Shown: in pieces, positions 49,835-64,000 of the stretch
Numbering within the stretch: the stretch's first letter is position 1
Layout of the letters: every line of letters begins with the position of its first letter
Assembly (NCBI RefSeq): GCF_009914755.1
Contig: NC_060933.1
DNA from: the human T2T-CHM13v2.0 reference genome, Homo sapiens
Strand: one strand, 5' to 3'
DNA: 64,000 nucleotides
Position numbers and translations under genes: made by a program
The notes under the pieces: model-generated
The model's database searches: none
What the model saw: the letters and a program-made list of their open reading frames with translations, nothing else
Told to the model about the DNA's origin: nothing

Positions 49835-50517
49835 CTACCACAAAGGCAAGGGCCAAAAGCAAAAGTCAAGAGCTTGGAAGCACCCTCCAGTGTGAAGGCC
49901 ATGGCTGGCCGGTGCTGCCTTCTCCCCTCAGAGGAAAAGCAGGCAGAGCCACATCCATGGTGTTCACAGAAATGTCCTCTATACTGGCCCAGTTCCGTAG
50001 TCACAAACTGGCATCCGATAGGCAGAGTGCTTGTGGTTGCTATGGAAATAGCAACTGACCATTTAGTCCAATTTAGATTTAAAAATATGGATTTGAATAC
50101 ACAGTCTCTTCCTAATTATCCACACACCACAAAGGGAGAGAAGTGTCTCTAACACAAGAAAGGGCAGAACCTCCATGTTGTTGAAATAGGCAACTCTTCC
50201 CTGAGCAGCGCTACCTTCCCCTGCCTGGTCGGCTTCAGTATGATGCACGTTACCGAACGGCCCCGTTGGGCACAGTGATGGAAGGGGCTGCGGGGGCACC
50301 AGGGAGGAGGCTGAACTGAGAGAGGGAAGGCAAGGCTCGCAGTCTTCCCGAGATGACCCAGATACCAGGCATGCCATCCCACTAGCCTTCCCACCACTTG
50401 GGTGTTAGGACTAATTTTGATGGTGACCAAAGGTACAGAATTCATTTATGCTACAGAACCAATAGACAAGCTCTGGATTACACTTGTGAAATGAATGAGA
50501 ACCAAAGAAAGGCTCTA

Positions 50518-52812
<2,295 letters not shown>

Positions 52813-53546
52813 TCAGAGCAGGCATGTTTGAGAACATGGGGGTGGCCAGGGAAGTCATGTCCTATATTACTATAATGGAGGGACTTAATAATTTCAACTA
52901 CTGGCCTGGAACACTTGTTGGAAAAAAGCTTTGTGGAGCAATGGAAGGGTAGAGGTGGATCGAAGAGAGGTGCAGCATTGTGGATTTTCAGCTTCCTTTA
53001 GAAGGCAACTGCACAGAGTTCACAGTCTCCATGCCTAATAACACCACCATCAAAATCACATTGCTATTCCACTGGTTTCCTTCCCGCTTAAGATGCAGCT
53101 GCCAGTCCGCTGGTGGGAAGCAGATACGGTTGCTAAGCAACTTCTTCCTGGAGGTTGGGAGGTTGAGAGTGGGGGTTGGTGGAAACCAAGCTGCATGATG
53201 CCAGGAATTCAGCATGATGGGGCTGGCACAGTCATGGATATTTGCAAAGCTGACATTTGTGTTACAATTCCTGACACGAAGATGTGTAAGTGTGACTGCC
53301 ATTTTGATTATTAAGTGGGGAAGGCGAGAAGGAGAGGGAAGATTGGGCAGAAAGAGGCAGGCAGGTTCTGCAAGGAGTACTCTTACTACCACCATGAATA
53401 ATTCATTCAGTTTTTTACACAAGCTGGAATTAGAAAACGGGGATTTCTCCCTGTTGGTGATGGGAGGGGTAGAGTAGACTCTGGTCAAAGGAAGAACTGC
53501 AGACTTTTCATTAGAATGCAAGAGAAGACATTTACATAATCCATCA

Positions 53547-53738
<192 letters not shown>

Positions 53739-54286
53739 CTACAGAATAGAAAGGAAGCAAAGAAAGAGCAAAATCATCATCAGACTATGAATAATGACAG
53801 AAAAGTACTACAACATGCTTGTAGCACAAATTAGACACCACCTGTTTTTATTTAGGCTGAACACTAGTGCTTTAAAATCTGCTACAATTTAATTATTTGT
53901 CATTGCAAAGCAATGTCCAAAAAAAGTTTCCATATGAATCCCTAAATATTGTTCCCTGAAGATGCTCAGGAAATCAATACAATCTTCCTTTATCCCAGTA
54001 CAATAAAAATAGGCCTGGACTTATTCTAACCTTGTCTCAGTTAGGATACACAGAAAGCACCTTAGAAGAACATGAGACTGGAAGTTAAACTCAAGGACTC
54101 AGGGCCCACATCACAGCTTCAGTGCTCTGCTTGGCTTATCCAGGACAGATGATAATGACAGACGTTAATTCCAAGGCCTCCCAGTACCAATACACCAATT
54201 ATATCAATATTTATCGGATGTTTACTCTGTAATAAATTATTAGTTTCTATAAGAACCATAAACTAAGCATTAATAATGATCAACCC

Positions 54287-54881
<595 letters not shown>

Positions 54882-55786
54882 CTAAAAATAAAAATGACCA
54901 ACCCCTACCCCGGGTTCACACAACTCACTCACTAACAATGGTGGCCTGTGAATGACTGTCTAGAGTCCAGAGATGCAGCAGAAACATGGACAAGGGGATG
55001 TAGCTTCAGGTTAAGGAAATCAAGGCAAAGTGCCTCAAGAGCTGAGCCTAAGTTAGAGCTTACAGCTGCACTGAATTTTTATGGAAGCTGGACAGTAGGT
55101 GCAATGCTAAAATTCTCAGACTCAAATCATCCTTCATTTCCTCCAAACAACCATGTGGACACAGGCTCTTGTAGAACTGACGATGTGTCCCAGTGGGAAA
55201 GTAAGTCAGAAGGTTTTCCCCAACAAAAAGCATCAAGGAGAAGCCATGATTACCCTGAAAATCATCCTCCTATTTTTTATCCCACAGAGAGATGGATGGG
55301 CATTATTGAAAATAGGCTATGAAGTTAAATCTTAGCTTACAGCTCTTTCCTCAAAAACAGCAAAGGAGTCTACTTAAGAAAAATAAACGTGTACAAAAAG
55401 AAAACATTAGCCAAAGGCAAACATGAACTACTTTGCACTCTTCTACTGTCAGAAGGTTTGTGTCCCTTTAGAACGGCTGTTGGTCTCATACTGGTTATGT
55501 CACGTTGTCCTCAAATCCGTTTTCTTGTTTGAATGCTTCCCTTTTGTAGTTAATTTTTTTCTTTAATTTCTGAGGACCCAAGCTGGAGGCACTGTCCTCT
55601 CTCACAGGTATTGCTAGTCTACAAAAGGATCGTTGGATGAAAGGATCCCTTCAGGGCAGAATATTGATAAGAAGGAGAAAGGGGAATGTTAAAAATAAAT
55701 ATAAAATATTCATAGAAAGCCAAAATGAAGAATTCATACCAGGTGAGTTCTGTTGAAACACAAACATATAAAAACGTCAACCACCC

Positions 55787-56257
55787 TGTGGTACACTGAA
55801 TAACGGGCTCCCAAAGACATCCCTGTCCTAATCCTCGGAACCTGTGGGTGTTTCCTTATATGGCAAGGGGGACTTGCAGATGGGATTAAGGTAAAGAAAG
55901 ATCTTGAGATGGAAAAATTCTTCTGGATTTTGGGCTGGGCCCTAAATATATTCTTAAGTGTCCTCATCAGAGGGAAGCAGAGGGAGATGGGACCACAGAG
56001 GGAGCGGGAGATGTGCTGACTGAAGCAGGAAGCTCGAGCCAAGGAACGCAGGAGGCCTGCAGATGCCAGGAAAGGTAAGGAAACAGATTCTCCCCTGTCT
56101 CCCCCAGAAGGAATCAGCTCTACCAACACTTTGACTTTAGCCCAGTGAAACCAATTTCTGACACCTGGCCTCTGCAACTATAAGAAAATTAATGTGTGTT
56201 GTTTTAAGCCACTAAGCCTGTAGAAATTTATCATAGCAGCCATAGGAAACTAATACA
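55787..56257 (+). mobile_element. MLT1C/D-type LTR
   Basis: tgtggtacactgaataacgggctcccaaaga ... gcagccataggaaactaataca. Confidence 0.85.
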
Positions 56258-56418
56258 CATCCTGGTACAAGGAGCGATGGAAAGAGAAGTCACAGTGGCT
56301 TTGTGAAGCACTCATTTATATGTTGCTGTCAGACATTTCTGGTTTTCTATGAGGATTTAGAGGACTTTAATTATTCTTTATAATGTTAAGTTTTTCCTCA
56401 GTTTAAAATTGTAGTGTT

Positions 56419-56700
56419 GGCCGGGCGAGGTTGCTCATGTCTGTAATCCCAGCACTTTGGGAGGCTGAGGCAGGCGGTTCACTTGAGGCCAGGAGTTCAA
56501 GACCAGCCTGGCCAACATGGTGAAACCCTGTCTCTAATAAAAATACAAAAAATAGCCAGGCATGGTGGTGCACGCCTACAGTCCCAGCTACTTGGGAGGC
56601 TGAGGCATGAGAATCACTTGAACCCGGGAGGCGGAGGTTGCCATAAGCCAAGATCATGCCATTGCACTCCAGCCTGGGTGACAGAGTGAGAGTCTCTCTT
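56419..56700 (+). mobile_element. AluS
   Basis: Alu dimer. Confidence 0.9.
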
Positions 56701-57591
56701 GGGGGAAAAAAATTGTATTGTTGTGAGGGATATGGAAGTAACACGACCCAGATTTGAAGTTTTGGTTTATCCAAAGCAAATCCAGCATTTGGTGCATTGA
56801 TGCCCATTTAGGGGGTGCTATGTTTTCTCAACTCCCCAGGGTGCCGCGTGGCATAGAATAGCATGAGGTCATCTTTAGACTTGTTGAATGAGTGAAGGGT
56901 TAAGGAGATCTCCTGTGCAAGGGAAACTAATGTCTTACCACTGGTAAAATCTAACAACCAAAGGCCACTACTTTGTCTCAGGCAGTTGGGAAGAAAAAAA
57001 TATTCCCATACAGGTTTTGAGCTTTCTTTGTTGATTTACATATAACATAATTTGTTTCCTTTGGTCAATGTTTTCCCTTTGTATAGGAAACTCAGACTCT
57101 GAACAGCAAACCTAATTGTTTTTCTTTAGAGTTTTTATTTTTTCGTAAGATCTGGAGGTCTGCTGAGTAAGTCAGGATTTGACTGACAAATTGAAATATT
57201 AATTATAAAGTGTTAAAGGCCATGCCTGGTACATGGTAATTGCCATATAAGTGTTTGTTAAATAAATTTGTATTCTCCCAAAGTAAACTCATAAATCAAG
57301 AAGTTAGGCATTCCATTTTAGGAACCTCTGAAATTTAACCTAAGAGAAAATGTGAAAATAACTTCAAAAAGCAGCTTGAAAGAAAAGACCCATCAGGAGC
57401 CCAGGCACTTCTGTAGCACATGATTTCCCCACACTCCCTGCACATGACTTCCCCACACTCCCTTTCAAAAAAGAATGATATATTTTGCTGGATTCCATTA
57501 GAATCTATTGTGTGGGAGCAGCTGCCTCAGACATCAGTGATGTGAAAAAATCTTCCCTGATTAGTGAATACTAAATCATTTTCTTCTCTAA

Positions 57592-57916
<325 letters not shown>

Positions 57917-58904
57917 TAAAATTTCTGATCCAGAAGGATGCCAACATTTCCAGGCTAATGAGCTTTGTATTTCTACCAGCTCAGTGGCTGGAGGGCTTCC
58001 CTGCCTCTCCCTTTCCCCCTCTCCCTGAAGCACAGCACCCAGCCCCTCTCCCTCCTGCAGAGTGAAATGGCCTCTCATGACACTTCAGTGATGGCAGGAT
58101 GGGCAATGGGGCCAAGAGAAACATCACACACAGTGGGTGGAGAAGGGAAGGAGGACAGGAAAACACAAAGAGAGGGAACAGGAACCAGAAAGAATCCACA
58201 AGTCACGGAAGAACCCCGCCCAGGCCAAACCCAAAGGCCTTTCATTCTTTCTCCTTGGCCTTTCCAGTTTGGTCCCCAGCTGCTGGACATTCACAGCTAC
58301 TTCCTGGTGTCAGATTGGGAAATTTGGGAAATGGCGAGGGGTGGGAAGCATTACTGCGTGGAAAGAATCTGGATTTTAGCTGGCCCTTTGCCATTAGCTA
58401 GTCACCTGCTTTCTGCAAACACTGCTTTCTGCGGCCTCTCCGCCAAGCAGTGGAGGAGTCGGGTGGAGATGTCACACAGGACAGGCTGCCCCTTTCCAGC
58501 ATCCCCAGGCTCCTGGGCACCTCGTGGTGAAAGATACTAATGAAGAGGAACTCCAGAGACGACCTCAGAACATGGAAGCCATGAGGGAAAAACAGACAGG
58601 AGAGAATCTGGCATTGTTTTACTGGCTGGACACCTGGAGCTCCAAAGTTTCCTTTCTGATTCTGTGAAAGTGCCGAGACTCTCAGGTCCCAAGAGCAATT
58701 ATAGTTCTAAACTAATCATTCCTTAGAAAGCTGAGAATTCAGAACCACGAATGAACAAACTGTGGGGGAATTTCAGGGTCTGTGTCTGTCTGGTTGACCA
58801 CTTCACTTCTCTCTGGACTGGCAAGCAGTCCTTGACCAGGGTTTAATCATTTATTCAATTCACGAATGGCCTGTTTTTCAAAGATCTTTAGACATGAATT
58901 CTAG

Positions 58905-59317
<413 letters not shown>

Positions 59318-60198
59318 CTATTCCCCAACCAAGATGAAAGCCTGGAAAGACACACCTGTGGAATCAGGATGAACTATGCAAGGGAAGGAGGGAAAAAAAT
59401 GTTCCTTCGTTTCCCCTGTTATGAAAGGGAAGTGAAACACTTTCAGCATTCTTTATTGCAAATTCCAGGCAACTAGCCATAAGTAACCTTCCAGTGGTAA
59501 TAAAACCAGAAATGGACTAAGATCGGGCCACTACCACTCCACCCTACTTACTTAGCCAGCCAGCACCACCCTATCCCCTTTGTCTGCAACTCTCTAGTAT
59601 CAGCAGATGCTTTTGCCCTGCTCTCGGCTCCTAGGCGATGCTCCTATTAAGGACTTCCGCCCCACAGCTCAGTACAAACTCTAGCATAGCACTGGCCATC
59701 AAAATGAAGGAACCAGGAACACAGGCCTCCTCTGGCACAAGCTGAGGCCTGAGTTAGGCCACTGCTACAGGCACTGCCCCTGGGGGGAGCGAGTGGTGTC
59801 CATTAGTACCTGCTGGTCCCCACAGTGGTCCCCAAGAGGCGATTGGGATCCTGGAGACCAGGTTCTCATATCCAAAGCAAACATTGAAGCAGGACCGTGA
59901 ACTCTGCTTTATGCCTTTTTTGGTGCTTGAAGTTGAGAATCATCTAATGGAGAATTTATTTATTCAACAAATATTGTTTGAGCATACTATGACCAGAACC
60001 GGGCTTCAGCACAACAGGGGTTACTGAAGAATTAAAGCATGGTCTCTGCCCTTCATCCAGGCCCAGGGCCGGGGCTGAGCCAAGGAGAGGATGCTTGCAA
60101 TGGCAACATTCCTGCCCTCTTCCTCCCTCTGCTCCCTAGAGAGCAGTTCCACAGCCAACTGGCTGACGTTTGCATTCTGGGTTTGAGCAAGTCTTTTA

Positions 60199-60531
<333 letters not shown>

Positions 60532-61011
60532 TTACTCATTCAATATTTATTGGGCCCTGGCCAGGGGTTCACCAGCACGTGACACATGGTCACTGTCCAG
60601 ACGCTGAGAGAAGCTCATCAAGGAGCTCTGCTGGAGTCAAAAGGTCTTGAACAATCAAAACAATCAAAGCAACAGCATCCAGTTTGTGCACTACAGCTCA
60701 ACCACTCCTACCCAAAGATGGAGCTTTCTATATCCTTGCTCAGGACCACGCATTGAAAATAGCCTTTTGTTATTATGAAAAATTTCAAAACTATACCAAA
60801 ATACAGTGAAGAACAAAAGGAACTACGACGTGTGTGTCAGCCAGCTGTAACAATTTGGTTTACGGTCAATCTTGTTTCCTATTATATTTCTCACTAACCA
60901 CTTTCATGCTGAACTATATATTTTGAAGCAAACTTCAAACATCCTATCATCAGTTCAAATGTCAATATGCAGCCTTCAAAGATAAGTATTGTTTTTAAAA
61001 ATATAACTACA

Positions 61012-61311
<300 letters not shown>

Positions 61312-61934
61312 CTACAAACACAATTGTCACACCTAGAACAATGAACTTCAGTTTTTTCCTTTTTTTTTCCCTTTTCTTTCCCCCTTTAAATGGGTAATGT
61401 GTCAACATCTTAACAAGGTTTAAGGAAGACACACCTATGAGGTGAAAACAAATCATCACTCTATAATTTCTTAGTATTACCAAATATCGAGTCAAGGGCC
61501 TGATCAGCCCCAAAAGAATGAGGCACTTTTAATGTGACACCATTCCTGGCAGTCTCAGGTTCGGCTCTCCCAGGCCCCGGATGCAGATGGCTGTTAGGGG
61601 CTGGCCATCCTCATCTCAACGGTCCTGGAAGGCACCACTTTCAGGGCATATGCCATGACTAACATTCCGGTGAGCAATGCTGACTCAATCGTAGACTGTT
61701 ATTTCATGTTCCCAGTACCCTGTGCAGGAAGGGAAGGGAAATGAGTAATAGATGTATCAGTCCCATTCAAAATGTGTATGTCTGCGAAGCTGAAGGCAAA
61801 AATTAAATACTAAAAAAAGATACAAAAATTTAAACTTTAAACAAATGAAAATTTAAAAATAAAATAACTTTTTTTAATGTTACCCACAGAAAATCGGTAA
61901 GAATTTTAAAAAATGTGTATGTTCTCCATGCCAT

Positions 61935-62070
61935 CACCCCCATTTTGCACACAAAGAAACTGAGGTCTGAGTGCTACATGCCAAATGGCCAACAGTGACA
62001 GATGAAGACTTGGGTGTGGAGTCAGCCTGCCTCCCAGAGCTACGGGCTCCCTTTGCAAGCAGTGCTGCTC
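61935..62070. mobile_element. MIR
   Basis: ccccattttgcacacaaagaaactgaggtctgag MIR core. Confidence 0.7.
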
Positions 62071-63589
62071 TTCTGAGCACACTGTGCTCTCCAAGGACGG
62101 AGAGTTGTGGGAGCAAATGCTGATTTTCTTTCTAGCAGAAGTCTTGTCTGATTGATAGAACTGGGGGGTTTAGCTAAAATAAAAAATAAAAAAAAAAAGA
62201 AAGAAAAGAAGAAAGAAAGCCTGTCTTACAAGACCTGAGTCACCCCGTTCCTCGTCACCCGCACTGAGTCAGCTGCAGCTATCTCCGCTCTCTTCCACGA
62301 AGAAAGGCAAAGACTGCTCTTCTGTTTTCCTGGCTTCTGAAAAACAAGTCCTAGCCTATTTGAGGTTTTTTCATTTTGAGGACAAGAAAATGAATATGCC
62401 GTGCTTCAGGAAACCACTCACATCACAAGTAACTTCATCTCCCTGTGCCTATGTGCCTGAGAGATGTGTAAAATGGGGATAGTAACAGTACCCATCACAC
62501 AGGGCAGATGTGATGTGTAGTGAGATCATCAAGGTCAAATGCTTCTCAGCCAAATCCTGCCCATTCTTCAACTGGCTACAACTCTCTGCAAAGCCTTCCC
62601 TAAAGCCACCAATCCAGCTCTGTCACTTCCTCAGAGAGGCCTTCCCTGAAGGCAAGAATTTTGTCAACCTTGTTCACAATTGTATTCTCTATTCCAAGAA
62701 CACTGACATAAAAAATATTTGATAGATTGATTAAAGAAATAATCCTCTACCTCCTCCAAATTATCATAGCATTTTACTCTACAATCTTATCTGACATTAA
62801 TATCCTATACATGTACTGGACATAGAAAATTATTACCGATTTCACATTTACTTTGTATGCCTGTCTTATCTCAATTAGAGCATAAGCTCTGACAGTAGGG
62901 TCTAATTCTCAGAGTTCTGTATATTCTTCAACAGGGAATATATAGAACAGTACTCTGCATGTAGTAGTTCTGCAATAAGTATTTAGTAAATATTTTAAAA
63001 ATTGAATTCCTCCAGCACAGGCAATCAATATGAATGTCATCCTTTCCCCTACAGTAAGGAACCTCAAGAAAAACATTTTATATTTACCCCTATGTTTTTC
63101 TCATGAATTCTATTCATCTGACTTTCTTGAAAGGCCAATCAAGGTGTAGACTAGGAATGAAGGAAGAAGCAGATTACTGGCTATGAGCCAGTAGTGTAGG
63201 AGAAAGACTATATGCTAAAGACTTGATCAGAAATGCTGGATTTCTCTCTCTCTCTCTCTCTCTGGCCTTAAACATCTATAAAAATCAGCTATGTTTCAAC
63301 CCAAAAAGTGCAAATGATATATTCAAATGTGACACAAGGATTACTACTGGGGCATTAGTAAAACAAATTGTTAGTGCCACCTGTTGGTAGAAAAGTCTTA
63401 TGAAAAATAATTGCTTATCTACATAACCCAGACTAAGCAACCATCAACAAACTATTATATATGGAGGACAGGCTAGGTCAGTGCTTTTCTGACATCTGTT
63501 TAAAATGAAGTAGTGAATGGTCTGGAGCTGCAGGGCTGGCCAGTGAACGGGGAGCCTCAGAAACACCAAGTTTATGTGAGCACAGCTTA

Positions 63590-63998
<409 letters not shown>

Positions 63999-64000
63999 AG

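Noticed and set aside
55734-56177. 147-aa ORF
   Set aside because: Lies within an MLT1 LTR.
57965-58540. 191-aa + strand ORF antisense to GLDC intron 16
   Set aside because: No recognisable domain, non-ATG start and no supporting splice or promoter context; compatible with chance.

Overview
Human (primate) genomic DNA from the convergent UHRF2/GLDC locus, recognised as 9p24.1 from the protein sequences. The + strand carries the last coding exon and 3'UTR of UHRF2 (RING C-terminus, 1084-1230; AATAAA at 2081). About 25 kb of repeat-rich intergenic DNA follows. The - strand carries the last ten exons (16-25) of GLDC (glycine decarboxylase, P protein), which splice into one open frame ending ...EQKRASS* and include the PLP-lysine motif LNLHKTF. 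About 50 Alus, several L1s, MLT1 LTRs, MER30, Tigger3, MER5A, MIR and L2 fragments account for most other entries in the ORF track. I see no evidence of a new multi-gene system. The best leads are small: a GC-AG intron; an A-rich splice acceptor; a cryptic acceptor + 200-codon ORF + poly(A) signal in intron 17; a hairpin-embedded bidirectional poly(A) signal; an unexplained 68-nt hairpin; a locus-specific inverted/triplicated segment in intron 21; fold-back templated insertions at an L1 5' junction; a cluster of RFX X-boxes; and a young AluYa-lineage insertion. Repeat boundaries and subfamily calls are by eye and approximate. Exon numbers come from my recollection of the reference transcript and are consistent with the exon lengths.
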